From NCBI GenBank assembly GCA_964402785.1, contig CAYODQ010000003.1:9034-73033 (forward strand): 64,000 nucleotides of DNA, in the 5' to 3' direction. Below the pieces are notes generated by a model, which saw only the letters and a program-made list of their open reading frames with translations, was not told the DNA's origin and made no database searches. The stretch comes from an uncultured Planctomycetia bacterium. GTDB lineage: Bacteria; Omnitrophota; Gorgyraeia; 2-02-FULL-51-18. Within the stretch, counting starts at the first letter, position 1, and every line of letters begins with the position of its first letter. Below, piece after piece: positions 1 to 9,244 of the stretch. The position numbers were made by a program, and so were the translations under genes.

Positions 1-1571
1 ATGGCCGTTTCGTCCGCTGTCACTTCGTTGGCCGTGCGGGAGAGGATCCACTGCAGCACTCTTAAATTTTCACCAAACCCCGGCCAGACGAATCGTCCCT
101 GATCGTCCTTGCGGAACCAATTCACTCTAAAAATTTTCGGCGGGTACGCTAATTTTTTCCCGATATCCAGCCAATGCTGAAAATAGTCCGCCATGTGGTA
201 TCCGCAAAACGGCAACATAGCCATGGGATCTCGTCGAACCACACCTACCTTGCCAACGGCCGCGGCTGTGGTCTCAGATGTCATGGTCGCTCCCAGATAA
301 ACACCGTGCTGCCAATCTCTGGACTCCACCACAAGCGGATCCAATCGCGCTCGCCTTCCTCCAAACACAATGGCGCTGATAGGCACGCCATGAGGACTAT
401 CCCATGAAGGTAATAAAGAAGGACATTGGGTCACAGGTGCCGTAAAACGGCTATTGGGATGTGCAGCCAATTGACCTGAGGTCGCTGTCCAAGGCTTTCC
501 GCGCCAATCGATCGCTTCTTTGGGTGGAAGGCCATCCATTCCTTCCCACCAGACGCCGCCTTCTTTGGTTTTGGCGACATTGGTGAATATCGTGTTCTTT
601 TTGATAGCTTGAAGTGCATTTGGATTGGATGTGGAATTGGTTCCGGGCGCTACTCCAAAAAAACCAAATTCAGGGTTGAGTGCCCACAAACGCCCATCCG
701 GCCCGGGCCGCAGCCAGGCAATATCATCACCCACGGTCCAGATTTTATACCCGCGCATCGAGTCCGGCGGGATCAACATGGCGAGATTTGTTTTGCCGCA
801 TTGGCTTGGAAATGCTGCCGCAATAAAATGTGTCTCGCCTTTTGGATTTTCGATCCCCATGATCAACATATGCTCAGCCAACCAGCCTTCTTTGCGGCCC
901 AGCCACGAGCCGATCCGAAGCGCCAAACATTTTTTCCCCATCAAGACGTTGCCACCGTAATTCGTGCCCACACTCCAAATGGTGTTGTCTTCGGGAAAAT
1001 GACAAATGAATCGTTTGGATTCATCGAGATCCGCTTTACTGTGAAGGCAGCGCGTAAAATCCGAAGAATCTTTCAACTCATCCAGCGCGATCTTTCCCAC
1101 ACGCGACATGATCCGCATATTGAGATAAACATACAAACTATCGGTAAGCTCGACACCTATCTTGTTGAATCGTGAGCGCGGCACGCCCATCAAAAACGGA
1201 ACCACGTACATCGTGCGGCCTTTCATCGATCCCTGAAATATCGTCCCAAGTTTTTGGTACGCCTCTTGAGGCGCCATCCAATTGTTCGTAGGGCCGGCTG
1301 TTTCTTTGTCGCGAGTACAAATAAAGGTCAGGTTTTCAACACGCGCTACGTCGTTTTCTTTGCTGCGCGCGTACAAACAGCCGGGATACAACACCGGATC
1401 CAATTCTTCGACTTCACCATTGCGGATCGCCAACGCCGTAAGGCGTTTTTTTTCTTCGTCAGAGCCGTCACACCAGACGATATGATCGGGCTGGCAAAGC
1501 TCAGCCGCCTGGCTCACCCAGGCAAGCAAAGCTTTATTGTGTGTGAATACTGTTTCGGTCATGACGGGCAT
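1..1571 (-). CDS. pckG: GTP-dependent phosphoenolpyruvate carboxykinase (3' end outside window)
   Basis: Hand translation: MPVMTETVFTHNKALLAWV...CQPDHIVWCDGSDEE at the start and FRVNWFRKDDQGRFVWPGFGENLRVLQW near the window edge, both typical of GTP-PEPCK; GAGGTG RBS. Missing from the ORF track because it runs off the window. Confidence 0.93.
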   Translation of the reverse strand, partial: MPVMTETVFTHNKALLAWVSQAAELCQPDHIVWCDGSDEEKKRLTALAIRNGEVEELDPVLYPGCLYARSKENDVARVENLTFICTRDKETAGPTNNWMAPQEAYQKLGTIFQGSMKGRTMYVVPFLMGVPRSRFNKIGVELTDSLYVYLNMRIMSRVGKIALDELKDSSDFTRCLHSKADLDESKRFICHFPEDNTIWSVGTNYGGNVLMGKKCLALRIGSWLGRKEGWLAEHMLIMGIENPKGETHFIAAAFPSQCGKTNLAMLIPPDSMRGYKIWTVGDDIAWLRPGPDGRLWALNPEFGFFGVAPGTNSTSNPNALQAIKKNTIFTNVAKTKEGGVWWEGMDGLPPKEAIDWRGKPWTATSGQLAAHPNSRFTAPVTQCPSLLPSWDSPHGVPISAIVFGGRRARLDPLVVESRDWQHGVYLGATMTSETTAAAVGKVGVVRRDPMAMLPFCGYHMADYFQHWLDIGKKLAYPPKIFRVNWFRKDDQGRFVWPGFGENLRVLQWILSRTANEVTADETA

Positions 1572-1584
1572 AACTCACCTCTGG

Positions 1585-2058
1585 TCATTCCAATGTGGCG
1601 CGCAGCATCCAGGCCATTTTTTCATGCTTCTCCATAAGCCCAGTTAAAAAATCACTGGTCCCGGCATCTTTGTATTTTTGTCCGGCCGTCTCCAGATCCT
1701 CGCGCAGAAGGTTGATAAGCTCTTCATGATCCTCAAGCAATGCCAAAACCATTTTTTTGGCATCAGGGTAGTCGTTTGAATACTCTTTCAAACGAGCTAT
1801 CTTTAAATACCCCGCCATCGTCCCAAGAGCTTTTCCGCCCAAAGCACGTACGCGTTCCGCGATTTCGTCGATCATTTCGGCGAGCTCGTCATATTGGGCT
1901 TCAAAAAATTTATGATAATCATGAAAATTCGGACCCACGACATTCCAGTGATAATTTCGACTCTTTGTGTACAACACAACTTCATCTGCCAGTAGATTAT
2001 TTAAAATATCTACAGACCCATCCCGATTTTTATCCGCAATACCTATATCGGTGCGCAT
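1585..2058 (-). CDS. dps: Dps family DNA starvation/stationary phase protection protein
   Basis: HWNVVGPNF..H..FE..Y and DEIAERVRALG ferroxidase motifs. Confidence 0.95.
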   Translation of the reverse strand: MRTDIGIADKNRDGSVDILNNLLADEVVLYTKSRNYHWNVVGPNFHDYHKFFEAQYDELAEMIDEIAERVRALGGKALGTMAGYLKIARLKEYSNDYPDAKKMVLALLEDHEELINLLREDLETAGQKYKDAGTSDFLTGLMEKHEKMAWMLRATLE

Positions 2059-2059
2059 G

Positions 2060-2989
2060 CTAAAACCCTCCTTTTATGATTTCAACTGAGCAGTGAGCTC
2101 TAGCTGCAATGGCGGATGAGACGCTTCCCAAAAAAAGCCTCTCACCCAAACCCAACCCTCTGGAACCCAAAAAGATACAATCCGCTCCCCACTCGGCTGC
2201 CTCGTCGAGAATGACATCCTTTGGGTCTTCCTCCTTAACTAATGTGGTGGCGATAAGCCCGGCGTGTTCGAATCTTTTTTGAAGAGCCTCATGCATCCGG
2301 CACACCCAAGCCAAAGGATCCTGGTCTTTGTCTCTAAACCATTTCTTGATCCCGGCGCTGGGAAATGCGATCGCCGTCACGATCCTGGCATCAACAGCTG
2401 TGATCAAGTGAATAGAAGTGCCTTTAGGCCAACTTCTTTCTAGAATTTTATCGGCCGCCAAAAGTGATGCTTCGGAACCATCAACTGCCAACACAATTCT
2501 CACAGGTTCCACATTTTCGACCGCTCGGCCACGACCGATGCGCACACTGCACCCGACACGATTGAGGATCGACATGGAAGTGCTTCCAAATAAAAGACGC
2601 CCTACCACCGAACGCCCATGGGATCCGATCACCAATAGATCGGGTTTCCATTCCTTGGCGATCTCGACAATACCATGCGACGGTGAGTCCGACACCGCTC
2701 TAGCTTCGACTTTCCAGTCTGGAAACAACTTTCTGGTAATGGCTGCGCCTTCGTGCGCCAAGCCTTCAGCCACACTCAAAGTTTCTTTGCTTTGCTCAAA
2801 TGCATTTTGATAAGCAAACGCATACTCCGGCTGAAGATCAACGCTATCGATCACATGAGGTATCATCACAGGAATATCCGCGACCGAGCAAACAACCGCC
2901 TGTGATATTTTAGGCAATGAAGCGCGACAAAGGTCATAAATAGCCGCCTTGGAACAATCCGAACCGTCATGTGCGATCAGTATTTTCAT
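2060..2989 (-). CDS. Tandem-domain universal stress protein
   Basis: Two USP domains (KILIAHDGS...GSHGRS..GRLLFGS; IVLAVDGS...GSRG...LFLGSVS). Confidence 0.92.
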   Translation of the reverse strand: MKILIAHDGSDCSKAAIYDLCRASLPKISQAVVCSVADIPVMIPHVIDSVDLQPEYAFAYQNAFEQSKETLSVAEGLAHEGAAITRKLFPDWKVEARAVSDSPSHGIVEIAKEWKPDLLVIGSHGRSVVGRLLFGSTSMSILNRVGCSVRIGRGRAVENVEPVRIVLAVDGSEASLLAADKILERSWPKGTSIHLITAVDARIVTAIAFPSAGIKKWFRDKDQDPLAWVCRMHEALQKRFEHAGLIATTLVKEEDPKDVILDEAAEWGADCIFLGSRGLGLGERLFLGSVSSAIAARAHCSVEIIKGGF

Positions 2990-3003
2990 TGCCCACCTCT
3001 TTT

Positions 3004-3423
3004 CTAGACTTCATCATCCAACGATTTTAAATAAGAAACCACGTCCGACAACTGTTGTACTGTGATCGAGTCGCTAAAATCCCCCATCCGGGACGTTTGA
3101 TCAACTGGGTTTTTACCGCCAAAACCCGGCTGTATGGCATGCGACGGAAATATGATCGAGTCCGCGATAAAACGCTCTTTGTAACGAGACTGCCGTACAC
3201 CGAGGGCGGGTCCTGGTTTCTGTGCCGTCGGCTTGGCCAAACTGATATCACCTTTGATCTCATGGCACGTGTTGCATTTCAAGGCTATGAACGCTTCGCG
3301 GCCTTTTTGCGCATCCCCTTTAGGAAGGCTCAACAACTCCGCCGCCTCCCCTGCCCAACCGGCCGAAGTGTGGATGGACAAGATCCATATCATGGATAAC
3401 AACACCCTGTTCACTCTCATCAC
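3004..3423 (-). CDS. Periplasmic monoheme c-type cytochrome
   Basis: Signal peptide, GDAQKGREAF, CNTCH heme motif, distal Met (SRMG). Confidence 0.85.
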   Translation of the reverse strand: MMRVNRVLLSMIWILSIHTSAGWAGEAAELLSLPKGDAQKGREAFIALKCNTCHEIKGDISLAKPTAQKPGPALGVRQSRYKERFIADSIIFPSHAIQPGFGGKNPVDQTSRMGDFSDSITVQQLSDVVSYLKSLDDEV

Positions 3424-3445
3424 TTCCTCCTAGTCCGCTAGATCC

Positions 3446-3988
3446 CTACCTCAAAAGCGCCTCCGCTATGGATTGCGGATACAGATGCGCGGATGCCACC
3501 CGGCCTTTCATGTGCTCATAAAAGCCATCATAGTCATCATCCGTCAACTGCCGATCGATCTTAAAATCGCCGCTCATCAAGGTCTGAACATCCGCTTTGC
3601 CGTCAAAATTCCTATCCAGCTCCCACTTGTAAGCTTTTCCATTTTTGAGATACAGCCAATAGTCCGGCGATCCATCGTGATTCGTGTCTTCCGTGATCTT
3701 CCACGGAACACCGGTAAAATAATAAGCGATCCAGGTATCCACATACCCGTCACCATCAGTGTCTTTTTCGGCGCGCTCACGGTTGCCATTCTTGTAATAA
3801 ACGACCGTGTCCACAACGTGATCGGCATCGGAGTCGACAAATGCCCTCACCCTCTGTTTGTCGTGGTAAACGACATGCCCCTCTTTATAGCCATCCCGAT
3901 TGAAATCTTGAAGCACCGCATCCGCTTGCGCGAAGGGAACGCACACCCAGAAACCAAGCCCTATGAGACGTATCGCAGTTTTGACCAT
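3446..3988 (-). CDS. Secreted protein with repeated DxDxDG-like motifs
   Basis: Signal peptide; DSDADH, DTDGDG, DTNHDG, DRNFDG, DDDYDG at about 23-aa spacing; GGAGG RBS before ATG 3988. Confidence 0.75.
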   Translation of the reverse strand: MVKTAIRLIGLGFWVCVPFAQADAVLQDFNRDGYKEGHVVYHDKQRVRAFVDSDADHVVDTVVYYKNGNRERAEKDTDGDGYVDTWIAYYFTGVPWKITEDTNHDGSPDYWLYLKNGKAYKWELDRNFDGKADVQTLMSGDFKIDRQLTDDDYDGFYEHMKGRVASAHLYPQSIAEALLR

Positions 3989-4052
3989 GACAACACCTCC
4001 AGCCACCACTCACCCCTACACTTCAAGCTTAGCCCGAAGCCATAAAAATAGA

Positions 4053-4068
4053 TGTGATGGATATCACG
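4053..4068. promoter_or_regulatory. CRP/FNR-family binding site
   Basis: TGTGA-tggata-TCACG, 21 nt from a minus-strand TAAGCT -10 (4026-4031). Confidence 0.6.
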
Positions 4069-4095
4069 CTGGACAGCGAAAAAGGAGCAAAAAAA

Positions 4096-4950
4096 CTAGA
4101 AGGGCGAAGGCGACCTAAAGGTCAATTTTCTCTCGGTAATAGGATGGATCAAAGACAGTTCCGTCGCGTGAAGACCAAGCCGGCCTAGCGGGTCGGTGGA
4201 AGCGCCATATTTATAATCCCCGGCTATGGGAGTACCCAGATCCGCCATATGGACCCGGATCTGGTTTTTGCGGCCTGTCCCCAGAGTCGCCTCGATCCAG
4301 CTATAGCGCCCCTCCTGCTTGATCACACGGTAGTGGGTCACAGACATCTTAGCGTCCCTGTCTTTAGGAGTCGTACTGTAAACACGGCGAAATTTGTCTT
4401 CCGCTAAAGCACTTTTGACCGTGCCTTCTTTTTCTTCGGGGCAACCTTCGACCAGAACCGTGTATTTTTTGACGGCTTCACTCCAGGTGTCTTGAAGCAC
4501 AACTTTGATCTCTTCGTTCCGGGCAAACACCACTAAACCCGAGGCATCTTTATCCAGGCGGTGCACGATAAAAACCCTCGCTCGTGCGCGGCCTTCTTTT
4601 TCCCGGATATATTCGGTAAGCTCATAGTATAGCGTTCTTTCTTTTTCTTGATCCGTGGCCATAGTCAAAAGGCCGGATGGCTTGTCGACGACGATCAAGG
4701 CCTCATCCTCGTGGATCAATTTGAACGACAGCTGATGCTCCATCCTATGGAGAGAAGCTTCTTTGACAGTCAGAAAATCAAGCGTATCGCCGGGCTTAAG
4801 AGGAAAACTGTGAAGTGTTTGCACGATCCCGTTCACGCGGACAGAGCCATATTTCAACATCTGCTTGGTCTTGGTCTTTTTTTGGTCCGCAAATGCTTTG
4901 AATAAAAAGTTTAGAAGCTGGTCGGGCTCGGTGACGCGTAGAGGTTTCAC
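4096..4950 (-). CDS. RluA family RNA pseudouridine synthase
   Basis: VDKPSGL, HRLDKDASG catalytic Asp, TGRKNQIRVH. Confidence 0.93.
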   Translation of the reverse strand: MKPLRVTEPDQLLNFLFKAFADQKKTKTKQMLKYGSVRVNGIVQTLHSFPLKPGDTLDFLTVKEASLHRMEHQLSFKLIHEDEALIVVDKPSGLLTMATDQEKERTLYYELTEYIREKEGRARARVFIVHRLDKDASGLVVFARNEEIKVVLQDTWSEAVKKYTVLVEGCPEEKEGTVKSALAEDKFRRVYSTTPKDRDAKMSVTHYRVIKQEGRYSWIEATLGTGRKNQIRVHMADLGTPIAGDYKYGASTDPLGRLGLHATELSLIHPITERKLTFRSPSPF

Positions 4951-4953
4951 AGT

Positions 4954-5343
4954 TTATTTTTCCACTTTAAAGATCGTGTAGGCGGGGCGTGTTTTTTGGG
5001 TGCCCGTGCCGCGCAACTGCCAGGCATAGGTTTGTCCGTTTTCGAACAGATCTGCCGGAAGAAGCACTCTATCGTGATTCGCGGGTATCGTTTCGGCCTT
5101 GATGAGGCCGGCTTCTATGGTTTGGGTACCCTTGTACAATTTGAATTGGTATTCAGAGATAGTCGATCGGTCACCTTCGAAACCCCAGCGGAATAACAAC
5201 TCATTTTTGCCGCGCAGATCCGCCAGCTCGCTGGGCTCAAATTGACGGGGTGGTGGAGGCTGCCCTCTCCTGCCGCCGGCATAGGCAGAGGACGCGAAAA
5301 CACACAACATCAAGAGAGTGAATAGGATAAATAACTTTCTCAT
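4954..5343 (-). CDS. Secreted hypothetical protein
   Basis: Clear signal peptide (AYA), beta-rich mature part, 3 nt upstream of the RluA gene. Confidence 0.65.
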   Translation of the reverse strand: MRKLFILFTLLMLCVFASSAYAGGRRGQPPPPRQFEPSELADLRGKNELLFRWGFEGDRSTISEYQFKLYKGTQTIEAGLIKAETIPANHDRVLLPADLFENGQTYAWQLRGTGTQKTRPAYTIFKVEK

Positions 5344-5352
5344 ACCCCTATT

Positions 5353-5378
5353 AAACCTTTTTTAGCCTCGTACGTCTA
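5353..5378 (+). promoter_or_regulatory. ECF sigma-type promoter
   Basis: AAAC-N16-CGTCTA followed by an AAGGAG RBS. Confidence 0.55.
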
Positions 5379-5396
5379 ATCAATTACACAAGGAGA

Positions 5397-6008
5397 GTGG
5401 TTATGAACAAATCTACATACTTTAGAAAAATTGCGGCAGGTTTGGTTTTAGGCGCTTTATTGACCGGAAAAGCATTTGCCTCCGAGGAGGATCTTCGTAT
5501 CGTACGAGAAGGTTTGCTGGGAGCCGGTGTGGGAGCCATCTCTTCTTATGCTTCTGGCGGGAGCGGCGGCAAAGGCGCTTTGATCGGAGCCGGCACACAA
5601 GTGATCGGCGGTGCCCTGTTTAATGTTTTGACGCAACCATCTGGACAAAATGGCCGGCAAAACTATGTATCGCAACCGTCTTATTATTCGCAGCCAACGC
5701 CATCCTACAATTACACAGTCACACCGGCGCCACAACCAAAGCCCGTACAAGTGCAAACTCAGACGGTGTATGTATACCGCCAAGAGCCTGTGTACATTCC
5801 ACAACCACAGCCGGTTTACACTCAATACGGCTATGCTCCACAGGAAGATTACAATCGCAGGATCATTAAACAAGGATTGATGGGTGCGGCTGTCGGCGCT
5901 ATTTCTTCGTATGCATCTGGCGGTAAAGGTGGTCGAGGTGCGCTGATCGGAGCAGGTACCAATGTGATCGGCGGATCGCTCTTGGAAATATTACTTGGCG
6001 GTCGCTGA
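5397..6008 (+). CDS. Secreted protein with two glycine-zipper repeats
   Basis: Signal peptide; two near-identical GLxGAxVGAISSYASGGxGGxGALIGAGTxVIGG repeats separated by a P/Q/Y-rich linker. Confidence 0.8.
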   Translation: MVMNKSTYFRKIAAGLVLGALLTGKAFASEEDLRIVREGLLGAGVGAISSYASGGSGGKGALIGAGTQVIGGALFNVLTQPSGQNGRQNYVSQPSYYSQPTPSYNYTVTPAPQPKPVQVQTQTVYVYRQEPVYIPQPQPVYTQYGYAPQEDYNRRIIKQGLMGAAVGAISSYASGGKGGRGALIGAGTNVIGGSLLEILLGGR

Positions 6009-6009
6009 T

Positions 6010-7029
6010 TTAAATAAATGTTCGTGTGTGTTCGACGATGTTTTGCATCACGGACACTGTTTCAACTGGATAGGCACCGATGGCGGTTTCTCCGGAGAGC
6101 ATCACAAAATCGGTGCCGTCCAGCACGGCATTAGCGACATCCGAAGCTTCCGCGCGCGTGGGCCTGGGGTTCTCGGTCATACTCTCCAGCATCTGGGTGG
6201 CGGTGATCACAAATTTGCCGGCGCGATTCGAAGCGTGGATAAGTTTTTTCTGGATCATGGGCACTTCCCATATCGGAAGGCATACACCCATATCGCCCCG
6301 CGCGACCATGATGCCATCGGATACTTTTAAGATCCCTTTGAAATTTTGGATGCCTTCTTGATTTTCAATTTTGGACACGATCTTGACTCGCGGAAGCCGG
6401 CGATGGAGTTTTTCTTTGAGATGAAGCACATCCTCAGCGCTTCGCACAAATGACTGGGCCATCCAATCCACCCGGTGACGAATTCCAAATTCGATATCCG
6501 CTTCATCTTTATCCGTGAGCCCATCAAATATAAGCTTGAGATCCGGGATATGGACGCCTTTGCGCTCTTTGAGGAGCCCCGGCACCACAACTTGGACAAT
6601 GAGCGATCCTCGCTGCGAGGCGGTTACCTTAAAAACAAGATTTCCATCATCAATAAAAACTTGGCTGCCGATCCTGATCTCTTTGAAGCTGCCCTCATAA
6701 TCCAGCGGAATCGCATGAGGATGATTTTTTATTTCTAACTCGTGGCAAAACACCAGTTTTTGCCGCTTATGAAGGTGGATTGGTTTACCTTTTGGTAAGT
6801 GCCCGACACGAATCCGAAACCCTTCCAAATCCTGTAGAATACGGATATCTTTTTTGGTTTCACGGGAAGCTTGCCGAATGCGCTGAATAAGCCTAGAGTG
6901 AAAAGCGTGTGACCCATGCGAAAAATTAAGCCTCGCCACAGTCATGCCCGATCGCATGAGTTTTTTCAGAACCGACACGGAACTCGTGGCCGGACCTATG
7001 GTGCAGATGATACCGACTTGTCGGGACAT
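6010..7029 (-). CDS. pyk: Pyruvate kinase, short form (no C-terminal domain)
   Basis: [48 protein letters not shown]; only 339 aa. Confidence 0.92.
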   Translation of the reverse strand: MSRQVGIICTIGPATSSVSVLKKLMRSGMTVARLNFSHGSHAFHSRLIQRIRQASRETKKDIRILQDLEGFRIRVGHLPKGKPIHLHKRQKLVFCHELEIKNHPHAIPLDYEGSFKEIRIGSQVFIDDGNLVFKVTASQRGSLIVQVVVPGLLKERKGVHIPDLKLIFDGLTDKDEADIEFGIRHRVDWMAQSFVRSAEDVLHLKEKLHRRLPRVKIVSKIENQEGIQNFKGILKVSDGIMVARGDMGVCLPIWEVPMIQKKLIHASNRAGKFVITATQMLESMTENPRPTRAEASDVANAVLDGTDFVMLSGETAIGAYPVETVSVMQNIVEHTRTFI

Positions 7030-7033
7030 TGGT

Positions 7034-8077
7034 TCAGATGGAATATGTATCGATCACAAAGCGGTAACGCACATCGCCCTTCAAGATGCGCTCGTAGGCT
7101 TCGTTCACTTTTTGGACGGGGATGACTTCCACATCGGACGTAATATTTTTACGCGCACAGTAGTTGAGCATCTCTTGTGTCTCACGAATACCGCCGATCA
7201 CAGAGCCGGCTAGCTTTTTTCGCTTGATGATCAGCGAAAAAGGATGAACCGTCGCAGGCTTATCCGGCACACCGACGATGACCATTGTGCCATCACGCTT
7301 AAGAAGCGACAACAGTAGATCCATATCATGCGTCGCTGACACCGTATCCAAAATAAAATCAAATCGTCCCGCCAAGAATTCCATCTCACCTTTATCGGTC
7401 GAAAGCACAAATCCTTTGGCGCCGAATTTGCGCGCATCTTTTTCTTTGGAGCGGTTGGTACTGATCACAGTGACAATGGCACCCATGGAAGCAGCCAACT
7501 TCACCGCCATGTGTCCCAAACCACCCATCCCCACCACCGCGATTTTCATGCCGCGTTTGACACCATAATATTTAAGCGGCGAATACGTCGTGATCCCCGC
7601 GCAAAGAAGTGGGGCTACTTTTTCGAGAGGAAGCTTTTTGGAGATCTTTAGCGCATAACTTTCTTCGACGACAATATGTGTCGAGTACCCGCCAAATGTA
7701 GGAGTGATCTTATCTTGCTCAACGCCGTTGTAAGTCCAAGTGCCCTGGCCTTCACAATAATTTTCCAGGCCTTCTTTGCAGCTGGCGCATTTACGACAAG
7801 AGTCTGTGAAACATCCGACACCAGCGTAGTCGCCGACTTTGAATTTTTTGACCTTAGCACCCACCGACTCGACTGTGCCCACGATCTCGTGTCCAGGCAC
7901 CATCGGATATTTGGAGCCGCCCCATTCGTTGCGAGCCTGATGGATATCCGAGTGACAGATGCCGCAAAAATGGATCTTGATCACGATATCTTTAGGTTTG
8001 GGCGAGCGGCGCTCAAAAGAAAACGGTTTGAGTGTGTCCTTTGCGTGATGAACAGCGTAACCTTTAACTGAGATCAT
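7034..8077 (-). CDS. Zn-dependent NAD(P) alcohol dehydrogenase (cinnamyl/YahK type)
   Basis: CGICHSD, GHE, structural Zn cysteines, [20 protein letters not shown]. Confidence 0.95.
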   Translation of the reverse strand: MISVKGYAVHHAKDTLKPFSFERRSPKPKDIVIKIHFCGICHSDIHQARNEWGGSKYPMVPGHEIVGTVESVGAKVKKFKVGDYAGVGCFTDSCRKCASCKEGLENYCEGQGTWTYNGVEQDKITPTFGGYSTHIVVEESYALKISKKLPLEKVAPLLCAGITTYSPLKYYGVKRGMKIAVVGMGGLGHMAVKLAASMGAIVTVISTNRSKEKDARKFGAKGFVLSTDKGEMEFLAGRFDFILDTVSATHDMDLLLSLLKRDGTMVIVGVPDKPATVHPFSLIIKRKKLAGSVIGGIRETQEMLNYCARKNITSDVEVIPVQKVNEAYERILKGDVRYRFVIDTYSI

Positions 8078-8098
8078 GAATTCCCCTTGTATCGAAAT

Positions 8099-8716
8099 TT
8101 ATTTCCATTTGATCGAGCAGCCCACCGCCGGCTTTTGCTCGGCTGGCACGGGCTTGCCTTCGATCAAAGCATCCAGCACAGCGCGCACGTCTTTGCCATC
8201 GGCTTCGTTGCCGCTATTGGGACGCGAGTTATCGAATTGTCCGCGATAGACCAGCTTTTGATCTTTATCGAAAATAAAAACATCGGGCGTGGCCTTGGCC
8301 GTATAAGCTTTGGCAACCTCTTGAGACTCATCATATAAGAAAGGAAATACAAATCCCTCTTGCTGCGCCATCTCCTTCAGGCTCTCCGGAGCATCATCCG
8401 GATATTTCTCTGCATCATTGGAGCTGATCGCCACGATGGCAGCGTCTTTGTCTTTATAATCCTGTCCGATTTGTGCCAGTGCTTTCTTAATATGTTGAAC
8501 GTATGGGCAGTGGCGGCAAATAAAAACCACCATCAAAGCTTTTTTACCTTGAAAATTTTCGAGAGATACTTCTGCGTCCGTCGTAACATCCGCAAGTTTA
8601 AACGCCGGAGCCTGTGAACCTTTGGGAAGAAGGCCTTTGGCGCCTTCGGTCGTGGTGGCAGCCCAAACGGAGCTGGTGAAGCAGATCGACAATGCTAAAA
8701 GTGCTAATTTTTTCAT
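8099..8716 (-). CDS. Secreted thioredoxin-fold/redoxin family protein
   Basis: FICRHCPYV CxxC, TPDVFIFD, YRGQFD, GCSIKW terminus; signal peptide. Confidence 0.9.
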   Translation of the reverse strand: MKKLALLALSICFTSSVWAATTTEGAKGLLPKGSQAPAFKLADVTTDAEVSLENFQGKKALMVVFICRHCPYVQHIKKALAQIGQDYKDKDAAIVAISSNDAEKYPDDAPESLKEMAQQEGFVFPFLYDESQEVAKAYTAKATPDVFIFDKDQKLVYRGQFDNSRPNSGNEADGKDVRAVLDALIEGKPVPAEQKPAVGCSIKWK

Positions 8717-8779
8717 TTTATCCCCCGGGAGATGCTTATCATATCAGCTTCCCGGTCCAAATGAAATCGGGATAGAAAA

Positions 8780-8950
8780 TGGCGACCCCAGCGGGATTCG
8801 GCGCCCTGCGCTGCGCATGTCTTCACTCCCTCCGGTCGTTCAGCATTGCTCGCTCCGGGTCGGCCATTCGCCTCGGCGATGGAATTGTCGAGTGCCTTTG
8901 TGGCACTCGCCCTATATCTCAAGGGCGCCTCGGCTCTCTTCAAATCCCGC
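8780..8950 (-). repeat. tRNA-linked repeat: copy of the tRNA-Glu 3' end plus hairpin-rich sequence
   Basis: 8776-8800 is identical to 9085-9109 (aaaatggcgaccccagcgggattcg); the unit is closed by a gcgggattcg...caaatcccgc stem. Confidence 0.75.
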
Positions 8951-8964
8951 AATTGCAAAACATT

Positions 8965-9090
8965 CATTTTTTCTGATTAGGGACTCAGATACGAGGCGCG
9001 ACGTCGGGAGCGCGGGAGGCACTATGGAATAGTGTTGACCAAGCGGTCGACGGCGCAACGAAGTAGATGAGTCCCTAATCAGAAAAAATG
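8965..9090. repeat. MITE/REP-like element with 23-bp terminal inverted repeats
   Basis: cattttttctgattagggactca (8965-8987) is the exact reverse complement of 9068-9090; internal cactat..atagtg hairpin. Confidence 0.8.
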
Positions 9091-9166
9091 GCGACCCCAG
9101 CGGGATTCGAACCCGCGTCACCACCGTGAAAGGGTGATGTCCTAGGCCAGGCTAGACGATGGGGTC
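9089..9166 (-). tRNA. tRNA-Glu (TTC)
   Basis: GACCCCA/TGGGGTC acceptor stem, CTTTCAC anticodon loop, GGTTCGAATCC T arm, encoded CCA. Confidence 0.97.
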
Positions 9167-9186
9167 AAGGTCGAAAAAGTTGCCTT

Positions 9187-9214
9187 ATTCTAAACCAAAC
9201 CCCTTAATTGTCAA
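9187..9214 (-). promoter_or_regulatory. Sigma70 promoter of tRNA-Glu
   Basis: TTGACA-N16-TAGAAT on the minus strand just upstream of the tRNA. Confidence 0.7.
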
Positions 9215-9244
9215 CGGATTCCAGGTGGGCTACCACTGAGCTCT

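Noticed and set aside
174-1637. Plus-strand ORFs over the first 1.6 kb, and similar antisense ORFs throughout the window
   Set aside because: Shadows of well-supported genes on the opposite strand (here pckG/dps); no motifs.
8776-9109. tRNA 3' duplication as prophage/ICE attL-attR
   Set aside because: The copies are only about 310 bp apart with no integrase or cargo; treated as a repeat or scar.
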